Of a stretch of 64,000 nt of DNA, positions 46,647 through 57,165 are shown one piece after another; the stretch's first letter is position 1; each line of letters begins with the position of its first letter. The notes beneath the pieces are model-generated. The model was given only the letters and a program-made list of their open reading frames with translations, was not told where the DNA came from and ran no database searches. This DNA comes from an uncultured Treponema sp. GTDB lineage: Bacteria; Spirochaetota; Spirochaetia; Treponematales; Treponemataceae. A program made the position numbers and the translations under genes. The stretch lies in assembly GCA_964410365.1 (NCBI GenBank), contig CAYPGB010000011.1:1960-65959 (forward strand). The letters are read 5' to 3'.

Positions 46647-46695
46647 AAAAATAATTTATGCCAGATGAAAGAAAATTCTGGTAAAGGAGAAAAAC

Positions 46696-47880
46696 ATGGC
46701 AAAGGAGAAGTTCGTTAGAACTAAACCTCACATGAACGTTGGTACTATTGGTCACGTAGACCATGGTAAGACTACACTTTCTGCTGCTATCACTTCTTAT
46801 TGTGCAAATAAGTTTGGTGATAAGGCACTTAAGTATGATGAAATTGATAATGCTCCAGAGGAAAAAGAACGTGGTATTACAATTAATACTCGTCACTTGG
46901 AGTATCAGTCAGATAAGAGACACTATGCTCATATCGACTGTCCTGGACACGCTGACTATATTAAAAACATGATTACTGGTGCTGCTCAGATGGATGGTTC
47001 TATTCTTGTAGTTTCTGCTCCAGACTCAGTTATGCCTCAGACACGTGAACACTTGTTGCTCGCTCGTCAGGTTGGTGTACCAAAAATTATCGTTTTCTTA
47101 AACAAAGTTGATCAGATTGATGATCCAGATCTTCTTGAACTTGTAGTAGAAGAAGTAAAAGATACTCTTAAAGAATATGGATTTGCTGATGAAACTCCAA
47201 TTATTAAAGGTTCAGCTTTCAAAGCATTAAATGATCCAACTCCAGAAAATACAGCTTGTATCGATGAATTACTTCAAGCTATGGATACTTGGTTCGATGA
47301 TCCAATTCGTGATGATCAAAAACCATTCTTAATGCCAATCGAAGATATTTTCACAATTTCTGGTCGTGGTACTGTAGTAACAGGAAAAATCGAACGTGGT
47401 ATCGTAAATATGAACGATGCTGTAGAAATTGTAGGTATTCGTCCAACACAAAGTACAACTGTAACTGGTATTGAAATGTTCCAGAAAACACTTGAACAAG
47501 GTATGGCTGGTGATAACGTTGGTATTCTTCTTCGTGGTGTTGAAAAGAAAGATGTTGTTCGTGGACAAGTTTTGGCTAAGCCAGGTTCAATCCACCCACA
47601 TACAAAATTCGAAGCTCAAATCTACGTTCTTTCAAAAGAAGAAGGTGGACGTCACTCACCATTCTTTACAGGATATCGTCCACAGTTCTACTTCAGAACT
47701 ACAGATATTACTGGAACTATCGAACTTGAAGCTGGTACAGACATGGTAAAACCTGGTGATAACGTAAAAGTTATCGGTGAACTTATTCACCCAGTTGCTA
47801 TGGATGAAGGTCTTAAACTTGCTATCCGTGAAGGCGGTCACACAATCGCTTCTGGACAGGTAACAAAAATTATTGAATAG
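46696..47880 (+). CDS. tuf: elongation factor Tu
   Basis: 394 aa, [30 protein letters not shown]. Confidence 0.98.
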   Translation: MAKEKFVRTKPHMNVGTIGHVDHGKTTLSAAITSYCANKFGDKALKYDEIDNAPEEKERGITINTRHLEYQSDKRHYAHIDCPGHADYIKNMITGAAQMDGSILVVSAPDSVMPQTREHLLLARQVGVPKIIVFLNKVDQIDDPDLLELVVEEVKDTLKEYGFADETPIIKGSAFKALNDPTPENTACIDELLQAMDTWFDDPIRDDQKPFLMPIEDIFTISGRGTVVTGKIERGIVNMNDAVEIVGIRPTQSTTVTGIEMFQKTLEQGMAGDNVGILLRGVEKKDVVRGQVLAKPGSIHPHTKFEAQIYVLSKEEGGRHSPFFTGYRPQFYFRTTDITGTIELEAGTDMVKPGDNVKVIGELIHPVAMDEGLKLAIREGGHTIASGQVTKIIE

Positions 47881-47948
47881 TTTTTAGTTTTTCAAACGGA
47901 AGGATTATGAGAATAGTCTTTCCGTTGTGAAATAGGAGTTAAGTAAAA

Positions 47949-48257
47949 ATGGCTAATGGAAAAATTCGTGTCAGACTTCGTGCATTTGATGTAGAACTGA
48001 TCGACCAGAGTGCTAAAGCCATCGTGCAGACTGTACAGAAAGCAGGAGCTAAGGTTTCAGGACCTATTCCTCTTCCTACAAGAATTAATAAGATTACTGT
48101 ATTGCGTTCACCACACGTAAATAAAAAATCACGTGAACAATTTGAAATGCGTACACATAAACGTCTTATTGATATTATGAATCCTTCTCAAGAAGTTATG
48201 GATTCATTAATGAAACTTGAATTACCTGCCGGGGTAGATGTAGAAATTAAACAGTAG
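47949..48257 (+). CDS. rpsJ: 30S ribosomal protein S10 (uS10)
   Basis: [10 protein letters not shown]...SGPIPLPT. Confidence 0.97.
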   Translation: MANGKIRVRLRAFDVELIDQSAKAIVQTVQKAGAKVSGPIPLPTRINKITVLRSPHVNKKSREQFEMRTHKRLIDIMNPSQEVMDSLMKLELPAGVDVEIKQ

Positions 48258-48374
48258 TTGATTTTTAATTAATACTGTTAAGGTACGGTCCCTTTGGATC
48301 TGGGATGACGGCCTAAAATAAAAATGGAATGGTTGTTAGAAATAACAACTAGTTTCCAATAGGAGAATATCAGA

Positions 48375-48995
48375 ATGAAAGGTCTGATTGCTAAAAAAGT
48401 TGGCATGACACAGATATTCGATGAAAGCGGTAATCTGACACCAGTAACCGTGATCCAGATCGAGCCTAATGTCGTTATTGCCAAAAAAACAAAGGAAAAT
48501 TGCGGCTATGATGCAGTTGTACTTGGTTTAGATGATATGAAATCTTCTAAAGCAAATAAAGCGTATGCCGGACAATTCCCAGAAAACATTGCTCCAAAAA
48601 AACATTTAAAAGAATTTAGAAACTTTGAAAAAGAAGTTAATGTTGGCGATGTTGTTGGTCTTGAACTTTTTGATGGCGTTCGTTTCTTAGACGTAACAGC
48701 TATATCTAAAGGTAAAGGTTTCCAGGGTGTTATGAAGAGATGGGGCTTCCATGGTGGACGTGCAACTCACGGTTCAAAATTCCATCGTGAGCCAGGTGGT
48801 ACAGGTGCTTGTACAACTCCAGGTCATAACTTCAAAAATATCAAATTACCTGGACGTATGGGTTTTAAAAGAATTACTGTACAAAATTTGAAGATCGTAA
48901 AAGTAGATCCAGAGTTAAAAGTACTTATGGTTCGTGGTGCAGTACCAGGAAATAAGGATTGCACACTCATCGTGAAGTCCGCAGTAAAGAAATAG
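48375..48995 (+). CDS. rplC: 50S ribosomal protein L3 (uL3)
   Basis: MKGLIAKKVGMTQIFDE ... GKGFQGVMKRWGF. Confidence 0.97.
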   Translation: MKGLIAKKVGMTQIFDESGNLTPVTVIQIEPNVVIAKKTKENCGYDAVVLGLDDMKSSKANKAYAGQFPENIAPKKHLKEFRNFEKEVNVGDVVGLELFDGVRFLDVTAISKGKGFQGVMKRWGFHGGRATHGSKFHREPGGTGACTTPGHNFKNIKLPGRMGFKRITVQNLKIVKVDPELKVLMVRGAVPGNKDCTLIVKSAVKK

Positions 48996-49005
48996 GAGAT
49001 AGAAT

Positions 49006-49644
49006 ATGGAAAAGAAAGTATATTCAACTTCTGGCAAAGAACTGCGTACAATCACTCTTGATGATAAAGTATTCGGTCTTCCAGTAAATGATGATGTAAT
49101 TTATTATGCAATTACAAATGAATTAGCAAATAAACGTGTTGGTACAGCTTGTACAAAAACTCGTAAAGAGGTTCACGGAAGTAATGCTAAACCTTATAAA
49201 CAGAAGGGAACTGGTAATGCTCGTCGTGGTGATAAGAAATCTCCAATCAATGTAGGTGGTGGTACAATTTTTGGACCAAAACCAAAAGATTATTCTTATT
49301 CTATTCCTAAAAAAGAAAAACGACTTGCTATGAAAACAATTTTAAGTGCTCATGCTCAAGCTGATAGACTTACTATTGTTGAAGATTTTACTATTGAAAG
49401 TGGTAAAACAAAGGATTTAGTTGCAATTCTTAATAATTTTGCTAAAGATGAAAGAACAGTATTAATCTTGAAAGATGATGATGCAAAAGTAAAACAAGCT
49501 GGACGAAATATTCCAAATCTTACTTTCCTTGCTTACAATCGTCTTAATGCTCATGATTTGTATTACGGAAGAAAAGTTATCGTTCTTGAAAGTGCTATAA
49601 CAAATCTTTCTTCTTTCTATTCTGATAACAAGGAGGCTAAATAA
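49006..49644 (+). CDS. rplD: 50S ribosomal protein L4 (uL4)
   Basis: KPYKQKGTGNARRG motif and S10-operon position. Confidence 0.96.
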   Translation: MEKKVYSTSGKELRTITLDDKVFGLPVNDDVIYYAITNELANKRVGTACTKTRKEVHGSNAKPYKQKGTGNARRGDKKSPINVGGGTIFGPKPKDYSYSIPKKEKRLAMKTILSAHAQADRLTIVEDFTIESGKTKDLVAILNNFAKDERTVLILKDDDAKVKQAGRNIPNLTFLAYNRLNAHDLYYGRKVIVLESAITNLSSFYSDNKEAK

Positions 49645-49928
49645 TGTGTTACGAAGATATACTTATTAAACCTGTAGTATCAGAAAAAGCAAGTGCTTTA
49701 CGTGAACAGAATAAATATGTTTTCATTGTTCAGCCAAGTGCAACAAAAACTCAAATAAAAGAAGCTGTTGCAAAATTGTTTAATGTAAAAGTTGTTGGCT
49801 GCACAACTATGAATGTGCTTGGAAAAATGAAACGTCTTCGTGGAAAACCAGGACGTACTGCATCTTACAAAAAAGCAATTGTTCGTCTTGCTGACGGTGA
49901 AACAATTTCTGCTTTTGAAGGTGTTTAA
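49644..49928 (+). CDS. rplW: 50S ribosomal protein L23 (uL23)
   Basis: 94 aa, ILIKPVVSEKA ... KKAIV. Position between rplD and rplB. Confidence 0.95.
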   Translation: MCYEDILIKPVVSEKASALREQNKYVFIVQPSATKTQIKEAVAKLFNVKVVGCTTMNVLGKMKRLRGKPGRTASYKKAIVRLADGETISAFEGV

Positions 49929-49955
49929 TCCAAGTAGGAATTAAGGGGAAATAAG

Positions 49956-50780
49956 ATGGCTCTTAAAATATTTAAGCCAATGACACCAGGTACACGTGGA
50001 CGTGTAGATTTGGTTCGTGAAGAACTGACAACTAATAGACCCGAGAAAACTTTAGTTTCAGGTAAAAAGTCAAATGGTGGTCGTGGTGCTGGTGGACGTA
50101 TTTCTGTACGACATCAAGGTGGCGGACACAAAAGACTTTATCGTAATATTGATTTTAAGCGTGATAAGCATGGAATCCCAGGAACTGTCAAAACTATTGA
50201 ATATGATCCTAACAGAAGTGCTAATATCGCTTTGATTTATTATGCAGACGGTGATAAACGTTATATCATCGCTCCAAAAGGATTGCAGGTTGGTCAGAAA
50301 ATTATGTCTGGCGAAAATGCAACTCCAACAGTTGGAAATGCACTTCCTCTAAATGCAATTCCAGTTGGTTTCACAATTCACAACATTGAATTAACACTTG
50401 GTCAAGGTGGACAACTTGTTCGCTCTGCTGGTGCTGCAGCAATGATTGCGGGTCGTGAAGGTGACTATGTTATTGTTCGTCTTCCTTCAAGTGAAATGAG
50501 AAAGATTAATGGTAAATGCTATGCAACAATCGGTGTTGTTGGTAATGAAGAACACATGAATGTTAAGCTTGGAAAAGCTGGTCACAGACGTTGGATGGGT
50601 ATTCGTCCTACAGTTCGTGGTATGGCAATGAACCCTGTTGATCATCCACTTGGTGGTGGTGAAGGTGCTGGTAAAGGTCGCAATCCTGTTACTCCTTGGG
50701 GACAGCCTTGCAAAGGTTATCAGACTCGTAACAAAAGAAAGACAACTAGCAAATTTATTGTTAGTCGCCGTAAGAAGTAG
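49956..50780 (+). CDS. rplB: 50S ribosomal protein L2 (uL2)
   Basis: [14 protein letters not shown] ... [13 protein letters not shown]. Confidence 0.97.
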   Translation: MALKIFKPMTPGTRGRVDLVREELTTNRPEKTLVSGKKSNGGRGAGGRISVRHQGGGHKRLYRNIDFKRDKHGIPGTVKTIEYDPNRSANIALIYYADGDKRYIIAPKGLQVGQKIMSGENATPTVGNALPLNAIPVGFTIHNIELTLGQGGQLVRSAGAAAMIAGREGDYVIVRLPSSEMRKINGKCYATIGVVGNEEHMNVKLGKAGHRRWMGIRPTVRGMAMNPVDHPLGGGEGAGKGRNPVTPWGQPCKGYQTRNKRKTTSKFIVSRRKK

Positions 50781-50797
50781 TTGCAGAGGAGATTATA

Positions 50798-51079
50798 GTG
50801 TCAAGATCTGTTAAAAAAGGACCTTTTGTAGAAAAATCACTTTACAAAAAGGTTCAGGCAATGAATAAAGAAGCAGACAAGAAAATGATTAAAACCTATT
50901 CTCGCTGCTCTACAATCATCCCAGAAATGGTAGGAAATACTATTTCTGTTTATAATGGTAAATCATGGATTCCTGTATATGTAACAGAAAACTTAGTTGG
51001 TCATAAACTCGGTGAGTTTGCTCCAACTCGTACATATCACGGTCATGGTGGTTCAGATAAAACAGCCTCTAAGGCTTAA
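50798..51079 (+). CDS. rpsS: 30S ribosomal protein S19 (uS19)
   Basis: GTG start, [10 protein letters not shown] ... [10 protein letters not shown]. Confidence 0.96.
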   Translation: MSRSVKKGPFVEKSLYKKVQAMNKEADKKMIKTYSRCSTIIPEMVGNTISVYNGKSWIPVYVTENLVGHKLGEFAPTRTYHGHGGSDKTASKA

Positions 51080-51094
51080 TCATAGGTGGATATT

Positions 51095-51451
51095 ATGGCT
51101 GAGAAAAAAGGTTATGTAGCCACTACGAAATTCCTTATTGCATCACCAACAAAGGTTCGTCCTGTTGCTAATGTAATTAAACAAAAGTCCTATTCGGAAG
51201 CTATGGCTATTTTAGCAAATATGCCACAAAAAGGTGCTGGATTGATTAGTGCAACATTGAAGTCTGCTGCTTCAAATGCTCTTAATCAGAACAGTAAATT
51301 GGATGAAGATATGCTTTACGTTAAAGAAATTAGAATTGATGAAGGTCCAAGATTAAAGAGAATTTGGTTCCGTGCACGTGGTCGTGCTGATCAATTGCTT
51401 AAACGTATGTGCCATATTACCGTTGTCGTTGACGAAAAGGCGGGGGAATAA
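51095..51451 (+). CDS. rplV: 50S ribosomal protein L22 (uL22)
   Basis: [24 protein letters not shown] 51095 follows an AGGTGG SD; the track start 51086 is the GTG inside that SD. Confidence 0.94.
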   Translation: MAEKKGYVATTKFLIASPTKVRPVANVIKQKSYSEAMAILANMPQKGAGLISATLKSAASNALNQNSKLDEDMLYVKEIRIDEGPRLKRIWFRARGRADQLLKRMCHITVVVDEKAGE

Positions 51452-51454
51452 AAA

Positions 51455-52198
51455 GTGGGACAGAAAGTAAATCCTATTGGTTTACGCTTAGGTGTAAACA
51501 AAACATGGCAATCACGTTGGTATGCTGATCCTCGTGAATATGCAGATTTAGTTTTGGAAGATATAAAAATTAGAAAAATGGTTTCAGAACTTCCAGAATG
51601 TAAAAATGCAGATATAGCTGAAATTGAAATTGTACGCCATCCACAGCGCGTTACAATTATAATTCATACAGCTCGCCCTGGTGTAATTATTGGAGTAAAA
51701 GGTGCATCAATCGAAAAGATTAGTGCAGATATTCAAAAACAGCTTACAAAGAAAGTACAAATTAAGATTAAAGAAATCAAACGTGCTGATTTGAATGCTA
51801 ATTTGATTGCCCAGAATATTGGTAGACAGCTTGTTGGTCGTGGTTCATTCAGAAAAGCAATGAAACAAGCAATCAATAACGCTATGCGTGCTGGTGCTCA
51901 GGGTGTTAAGGTTCGCCTTAGTGGTCGTCTTGGTGGAGCAGATATGTCTCGTACCGAAGAACATAAGGAAGGACGAGTACCTCTTCATACACTTCGTGCT
52001 GATATCGATTATGGTACATTTGCAGCTCTTACTACATACGGAAAAATTGGTATTAAAGTATGGGTTTACAATGGTATGAATTATGGTATCGAACACAATG
52101 AAGATGCTGGTCAGCTCGTAAAGAAGCCAAGACGTTCATCTCGTCAGGCTGCTGAGAAGACTGATGGTGCTGAACCTGCTAAAAATGCAAGGAGTTAG
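51455..52198 (+). CDS. rpsC: 30S ribosomal protein S3 (uS3)
   Basis: GTG start, [14 protein letters not shown] domain, basic/acidic C-terminal tail. Confidence 0.97.
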   Translation: MGQKVNPIGLRLGVNKTWQSRWYADPREYADLVLEDIKIRKMVSELPECKNADIAEIEIVRHPQRVTIIIHTARPGVIIGVKGASIEKISADIQKQLTKKVQIKIKEIKRADLNANLIAQNIGRQLVGRGSFRKAMKQAINNAMRAGAQGVKVRLSGRLGGADMSRTEEHKEGRVPLHTLRADIDYGTFAALTTYGKIGIKVWVYNGMNYGIEHNEDAGQLVKKPRRSSRQAAEKTDGAEPAKNARS

Positions 52199-52200
52199 TT

Positions 52201-52620
52201 ATGCCACTTAGTCCTAAAAGAGTAATACATCGTAAAGTTCAGCGTGGACGTGAAAAAGGAAACGCTACACGAAATAATACAATCGATTTTGGTGATATAG
52301 CTTTAGTTGCTATGGAACCAACTTGGTTGGATGCAAAAGTAATTGAAGCAGCCCGTGTTGCTATCAATCGTAAATTGGATCGTAAAGGTAATGTTTGGAT
52401 TAGAATTTTTCCAGATAAACCAATTACAAAAAAACCTGCTGAAGTTCGTATGGGTAAGGGAAAAGGTGCTCCAGATCATTGGGCAGCAGTTCTTAAACCT
52501 GGTATGATTTTATTTGAAATTGGTGGAGTTGATATAAATCTTGCTGCTGAAGCTCTTCATCTTGCAAGTCAAAAACTTCCAGTTATTACTAAAATAGCTT
52601 ATAAGCCAACAAGAGACTAG
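52201..52620 (+). CDS. rplP: 50S ribosomal protein L16 (uL16)
   Basis: [17 protein letters not shown] ... RMGKGKGAP. Confidence 0.97.
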   Translation: MPLSPKRVIHRKVQRGREKGNATRNNTIDFGDIALVAMEPTWLDAKVIEAARVAINRKLDRKGNVWIRIFPDKPITKKPAEVRMGKGKGAPDHWAAVLKPGMILFEIGGVDINLAAEALHLASQKLPVITKIAYKPTRD

Positions 52621-52630
52621 GAGGAATAAG

Positions 52631-52843
52631 ATGGCTGATTCAAAGAAAAAGAATGACAAAGAACTGTCTTATAAAGAACTAGTTACAAAGCGTAATGAGC
52701 TTAAGAAGGAATACATGGATCTCCGTTTTAAAATGGTTGTATCACATGTAGATAATCCAATGCAGAAACGTACTATGCGTCGCGAAATTGCACGTCTTAA
52801 TACGTTTATCCGCCAGAAAGAAATTGCTGGCGAGAATAAGTAG
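52631..52843 (+). CDS. rpmC: 50S ribosomal protein L29 (uL29)
   Basis: 70 aa. Helical LRFK...IARLNT pattern. Position between rplP and rpsQ. Confidence 0.93.
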   Translation: MADSKKKNDKELSYKELVTKRNELKKEYMDLRFKMVVSHVDNPMQKRTMRREIARLNTFIRQKEIAGENK

Positions 52844-52853
52844 GAGCTGAACC

Positions 52854-53129
52854 GTGGAAGAAAATGCTGTTCAGACTGTAAAGGCAACAAAACGTTCATT
52901 TGTTGGACTTGTTACAAGTGATAAAATGGACAAAACTATTGTAGTAACAATTGCTACAAAAAAGATGGATCGTCTTTACAAGAAATATGTTACAAGAACA
53001 AAGAAATATATGGCTCATGATGAAAAAAATGATGCTCATGTAGGTGATACAGTTCGTATTGTTGAATGTCGTCCATTGTCAAGAAACAAAAGTTGGCGTT
53101 TAGCAGAAATCGTTGAACGAGCTAAGTAA
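52854..53129 (+). CDS. rpsQ: 30S ribosomal protein S17 (uS17)
   Basis: GTG start after a TAGGAG SD. GLVTSDKMDKTIVV ... HDEKNDAHVGDTVRIVECRPLS. Confidence 0.95.
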   Translation: MEENAVQTVKATKRSFVGLVTSDKMDKTIVVTIATKKMDRLYKKYVTRTKKYMAHDEKNDAHVGDTVRIVECRPLSRNKSWRLAEIVERAK

Positions 53130-53141
53130 GGAGTTAAGAAT

Positions 53142-53510
53142 ATGATTCAGATGCAATCTTGTATGACAGTTGCTGATAACTCTGGAGCTAAAACTGTTCA
53201 GTGTATTAAAGTTATCGGCGGTTCACATCGCAGATACGCTGGTATTGGCGACATTGTGGTTGTAGCAGTTAAGGATGCAATTCCTACTTCTACTATTAAA
53301 AAAGGTACTATAGAAAAAGCTGTAATTGTACGTCAGGCAAAAGAATATCGTCGTCCAGATGGAACTTATATTCGTTTTGATGATAACGCTTGTGTTATTG
53401 TTGATGATAGTAAAAATCCAAAAGGAAAACGTATTTTCGGACCTGTTGCACGTGAGCTTCGTGATATGGATTTTATGAAAATCATATCATTAGCTCCAGA
53501 AGTTCTTTAA
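53142..53510 (+). CDS. rplN: 50S ribosomal protein L14 (uL14)
   Basis: [17 protein letters not shown]. Confidence 0.97.
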   Translation: MIQMQSCMTVADNSGAKTVQCIKVIGGSHRRYAGIGDIVVVAVKDAIPTSTIKKGTIEKAVIVRQAKEYRRPDGTYIRFDDNACVIVDDSKNPKGKRIFGPVARELRDMDFMKIISLAPEVL

Positions 53511-53521
53511 GGAGAAATTAG

Positions 53522-53839
53522 ATGATTCTTAAATCAAAAATCCGTAAGGGCGACACAGTTCAGGTACTTGCTGGAAAAGATAAAGGAAAAAGAGGCGAAG
53601 TTGTTCGTGTTCTTTTGAAAAAAGAAGCAGTTATAGTATCTGGTGTAAACATTGTTAAAAAAGCAATGAAAAAGAGAAGTCAGCAAGATCAAGGCGGAAT
53701 CGCTGAGATTGAAGCTCCTCTTAATATTTCAAATGTGGGCATCGTATGTAAAAAATGCGGTCGTCCAGTAAAAATTGGTTATAAAATTGACGGTGACAAG
53801 AAAATTCGTGTTTGCCGTAAATGTGGAGATGTTCTGTAA
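53522..53839 (+). CDS. rplX: 50S ribosomal protein L24 (uL24) with C-terminal CxxC-x18-CxxC
   Basis: [25 protein letters not shown] motif. C-terminus [31 protein letters not shown]. Confidence 0.95.
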   Translation: MILKSKIRKGDTVQVLAGKDKGKRGEVVRVLLKKEAVIVSGVNIVKKAMKKRSQQDQGGIAEIEAPLNISNVGIVCKKCGRPVKIGYKIDGDKKIRVCRKCGDVL

Positions 53840-54390
53840 TGGCAAATTACGTACCTCGGCTTAAGAAAGTCTATAAAGACGAAATCGCCCCAGCTCTTAT
53901 GAAAGAGTTTAGTTACACAACTCCAATGCAGATTCCTGCTGTAAAAAAAGTTGTTGTAAGTATGGGTGTTGGTGAAGCTCTCACAAATAAGAAACTCCTT
54001 GATGCCGCTGTTGCTGACTTGACACAAATCACTGGTCAGAAGGCTGTAAAAACAAAGGCAAAAAAGAGTATTGCTAACTTCAAACTTCGTGAGGGTAATG
54101 AAGTGGGTGCTATGGTTACATTGCGTGGTGATATTATGTATGAATTTATGGATCGCCTCATCAATGTTGCTTTCCCACGTATTAAGGATTTCCGTGGAAT
54201 CAAAGCTACTGGTTTTGATGGTCATGGTAATTTTTCTGTTGGTATTACTGAACAGTTAATATTCCCAGAAATCGATTTTGATAAAATTACAAAAATTGCT
54301 GGTATGAATATTACTTTTGTAACAAGTGCAAGAACTGATGCTGAAGCTAAGTCTTTACTTGAAAAGTTCAATATGCCATTCCGTAAGTAG
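53839..54390 (+). CDS. rplE: 50S ribosomal protein L5 (uL5)
   Basis: [16 protein letters not shown]. The ATG overlaps the rplX stop (TAATG). The track start 53821 lies inside rplX. Confidence 0.96.
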   Translation: MANYVPRLKKVYKDEIAPALMKEFSYTTPMQIPAVKKVVVSMGVGEALTNKKLLDAAVADLTQITGQKAVKTKAKKSIANFKLREGNEVGAMVTLRGDIMYEFMDRLINVAFPRIKDFRGIKATGFDGHGNFSVGITEQLIFPEIDFDKITKIAGMNITFVTSARTDAEAKSLLEKFNMPFRK

Positions 54391-54397
54391 GTGAAGT

Positions 54398-54583
54398 ATG
54401 GCAAAGAAATCAATGATTATTAAAGCAGCCCGCAAACCTAGATATGAAACAAGACAGTATAATCGCTGTCAGATTTGTGGACGTCCACGTGGATATTTGC
54501 GTAAGTTTAAGATGTGTCGTCTTTGCTTCCGTAAATTAGCAAGTGAAGGCCAGCTTCCTGGCGTAACAAAATCAAGTTGGTAG
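54398..54583 (+). CDS. rpsN: 30S ribosomal protein S14, type Z (zinc form)
   Basis: 61 aa, [22 protein letters not shown]. Confidence 0.96.
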   Translation: MAKKSMIIKAARKPRYETRQYNRCQICGRPRGYLRKFKMCRLCFRKLASEGQLPGVTKSSW

Positions 54584-54592
54584 GAGATAGAA

Positions 54593-54991
54593 ATGAGTGC
54601 ATCAGATCCAGTAGCAGATATGCTTACAAAGGTTCGTAATGCGGCTATGGCCCGCCACGAAAAAGTAGATGTTCCTGCTTCAAAACTTAAATTAGAAATC
54701 GTTAAGATTATGAAGACTGAAGGATACATCAAAAACTTTAAGAAAGTTCAGGAAGATGGAAAAAATACACTTCGTATTTTCTTAAAATATGATGATGAAA
54801 ATAATCCTGTAATTCATGGTGTAAAAAAGATTTCTACACCAGGTAGACGGGTTTATTCTGGTTATAAAGATTTACCACGTGTTTATAACGGTTATGGTAC
54901 AATCATCGTTTCAACTTCTTCTGGTGTAACAACTGGTAAAAAAGCAACAGAAAAGCAAGTTGGTGGCGAATTAGTTTGCACAATCTGGTAG
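54593..54991 (+). CDS. rpsH: 30S ribosomal protein S8 (uS8)
   Basis: [14 protein letters not shown]. Confidence 0.97.
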   Translation: MSASDPVADMLTKVRNAAMARHEKVDVPASKLKLEIVKIMKTEGYIKNFKKVQEDGKNTLRIFLKYDDENNPVIHGVKKISTPGRRVYSGYKDLPRVYNGYGTIIVSTSSGVTTGKKATEKQVGGELVCTIW

Positions 54992-55006
54992 TAGGAGGCA
55001 GAAAGT

Positions 55007-55546
55007 ATGTCTAAAGTAGGTAAACTTCCTGTTGCTATTCCAGCAGGTGTAACAATTAATGTTGCTGATGGAATTATCACTGTAAAAGGACCAAAAGGTG
55101 AACTTAAACAGTCATTCCATGAAGAAATTGATATTAAAAATGAAGATGGTCATATTGTTCTTTCAGCTAAAGATGGAGCAAAACAAACAAATGCTTATCA
55201 TGGACTTTACAGAAGTTTAATCAGTAACATGGTAAAAGGTGTTACAGAAGGCTTCTCAAAAACTTTAATCATCACTGGTGTTGGTTATCGTGCAGAAGTT
55301 AAAGGTAAAGATTTGGTTATGAACCTAGGTTATTCAAGTGACTACATTGCTTTAATTCCAGATGGTCTTACAGTTGTAGCAACTCCAGATGGAAAAGTTA
55401 CAGTTTCTGGTATTGATAAGCAATTAGTTGGTGAATTTTGTTCACAGATTCGTAAGTTGCGTAAACCTGAACCATATAAAGGAAAAGGTATTCGTTACGA
55501 TAACGAAGTTATCCGACGTAAAGTTGGTAAAACTGGTGTTAAATAA
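55007..55546 (+). CDS. rplF: 50S ribosomal protein L6 (uL6)
   Basis: [14 protein letters not shown] ... [11 protein letters not shown]. Confidence 0.97.
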   Translation: MSKVGKLPVAIPAGVTINVADGIITVKGPKGELKQSFHEEIDIKNEDGHIVLSAKDGAKQTNAYHGLYRSLISNMVKGVTEGFSKTLIITGVGYRAEVKGKDLVMNLGYSSDYIALIPDGLTVVATPDGKVTVSGIDKQLVGEFCSQIRKLRKPEPYKGKGIRYDNEVIRRKVGKTGVK

Positions 55547-55557
55547 GGTGAAGCTAT

Positions 55558-55920
55558 ATGTTTAGAAAGATGAACGACAAAAACAGAAAACGCTTACACA
55601 GAAAAATTCATATTCGTAAGTCAGTTTTCGGAACTACAGAACGTCCTCGTATGACTGTAACTCGCAGTAACAAGAATCTTTCAGTTCAAGTTATTGACGA
55701 TACAGAAGGCAAAACATTAGCTTCTATTTCTTCTTTAGAAAAAGAATTTGCTGATGTAAAAGCTAATATTGAAGGTGCAGCAAAACTTGGAGAAGCATTA
55801 GGAAATCGCCTTAAAGATAAAAAAATTACTAAAGTAGTTTTTGATCGTAATGGATATCTTTACCATGGTGTTGTAAAGGCACTTGCTGATGGTGCTCGCA
55901 AAGCCGGAATTGAATTCTAG
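55558..55920 (+). CDS. rplR: 50S ribosomal protein L18 (uL18)
   Basis: [20 protein letters not shown] ... [23 protein letters not shown]. Confidence 0.96.
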   Translation: MFRKMNDKNRKRLHRKIHIRKSVFGTTERPRMTVTRSNKNLSVQVIDDTEGKTLASISSLEKEFADVKANIEGAAKLGEALGNRLKDKKITKVVFDRNGYLYHGVVKALADGARKAGIEF

Positions 55921-55929
55921 GAGTTAGTA

Positions 55930-56475
55930 ATGGAAGAACATCAGAATCAGAAAAAATTTGATAAAGATTCAAAAAAATTTGATAAAGAGCCTAGAGAAAA
56001 AGAGTTCGTTGAAAAACTTGTAACTCTTAACCGCACTTGTAAAACTGTAAAGGGAGGACGTCGTATGTCTTTCTCTGCACTTACAGTTGTAGGTGATGGA
56101 AAAGGCCGCGTAGGATACGGACTTGGTAAAGCTAATGATGTATCTGAAGCTATAAAGAAGAGTATTGATAAAGCAAAAAGAAATCTTATTGTTGTTCCTA
56201 TGAAAAATGGAACTTTACCACATGATATAATTGGTAAATATAAGAGTTCTGAAGTTTTACTAAAACCAGCTTGTTCCGGAACTGGAATTATCGCTGGTGG
56301 AACTGTTCGTGCAATTATGGAAGCAGCAGGTGCAACTGATGTACAATCTAAATCATTAGGTTCAAGTTCTGCTGTAAACGTTGTTCGTGCTACTTTTGAT
56401 GCAATTTCCAAATTAATGGATGCTAAAAAAGTTGCAGCAAACAGAGGTAAAACTCTTGATGAGTTGTGGGGTTAA
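55930..56475 (+). CDS. rpsE: 30S ribosomal protein S5 (uS5) with N-terminal Lys/Asp-rich extension
   Basis: LNRTCKTVKGGRRMSFSALTVVGDGKGRVGYGLGKA. Confidence 0.96.
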   Translation: MEEHQNQKKFDKDSKKFDKEPREKEFVEKLVTLNRTCKTVKGGRRMSFSALTVVGDGKGRVGYGLGKANDVSEAIKKSIDKAKRNLIVVPMKNGTLPHDIIGKYKSSEVLLKPACSGTGIIAGGTVRAIMEAAGATDVQSKSLGSSSAVNVVRATFDAISKLMDAKKVAANRGKTLDELWG

Positions 56476-56478
56476 TGT

Positions 56479-56667
56479 ATGGCTAAAGAAAAACAGTTAA
56501 AAATTACATTAATTAGAAGTACAATTGGTCAAAAGCCAGATAAAGTTGCAACAGTTCGTAGTCTTGGACTTAAGAAGATTAGTTCATTCAATATTCTTCC
56601 TGATAATCCATCTGTACGCGGAATGGCTGCAAATGTATCTCATTTAGTAAAAGTAGAGGAGATTTAA
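56479..56667 (+). CDS. rpmD: 50S ribosomal protein L30 (uL30)
   Basis: 62 aa, LKITLIRSTIGQKPDKVATVRSLGL. Confidence 0.95.
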   Translation: MAKEKQLKITLIRSTIGQKPDKVATVRSLGLKKISSFNILPDNPSVRGMAANVSHLVKVEEI

Positions 56668-56668
56668 A

Positions 56669-57151
56669 ATGGCAGAATACAAACCTGTTTTAAGCGCTCC
56701 TCAGGGTGCGAATAAAAAACCAAAACGCGTTGGACGTGGTTCTTCTTCAGGACTTGGTACAACAGCTGGAAAAGGTAACAAAGGTCAGCAATCAAGATCT
56801 GGCGGTAAAACATACGTAGGTTTTGAAGGTGGACAGATGCCTCTTTATAGACGTATTGCTCGCAAAGGTTTTTCAAATTATCCTTTCAAAAAAGAATACG
56901 TTTGTATTAATGTAGAATTATTAGATGCAAAATTTAATGATGGTGATACAGTTGATGCAGCTTCTTTAGTTGCAAAAGGCTTTATGTCATCAAAATCATC
57001 TTCTGCTGTTAAAATTCTTGGAAATGGCGACATTACAAAAAAATTAACTGTAGATGTTGATAAAGTTTCTGCATCTGCTAAGGCTAAAATTGAAAAAGCA
57101 GGCGGAACAGTAAAAGTTACTGATAACGAAGCTGAAAAAGCTACAAAGTAA
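56669..57151 (+). CDS. rplO: 50S ribosomal protein L15 (uL15)
   Basis: KRVGRGSSSGLGTTAGKGNKGQ. Confidence 0.96.
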   Translation: MAEYKPVLSAPQGANKKPKRVGRGSSSGLGTTAGKGNKGQQSRSGGKTYVGFEGGQMPLYRRIARKGFSNYPFKKEYVCINVELLDAKFNDGDTVDAASLVAKGFMSSKSSSAVKILGNGDITKKLTVDVDKVSASAKAKIEKAGGTVKVTDNEAEKATK

Positions 57152-57165
57152 GAGTGGAGTAGAAC

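Noticed and set aside
46144-46695. Degraded fusA pseudogene in the rpsG-tuf gap
   Set aside because: No frame shows a GTPase G-domain (AHIDAGKTT-like) or other EF-G-like peptide. The gap is also far too short.
53779-54225. 148-aa minus-strand ORF across rplX and rplE
   Set aside because: It is antisense to two canonical ribosomal protein genes.
55947-56411. 154-aa minus-strand ORF inside rpsE
   Set aside because: It is antisense to the conserved uS5 gene, and its composition mirrors the sense strand.
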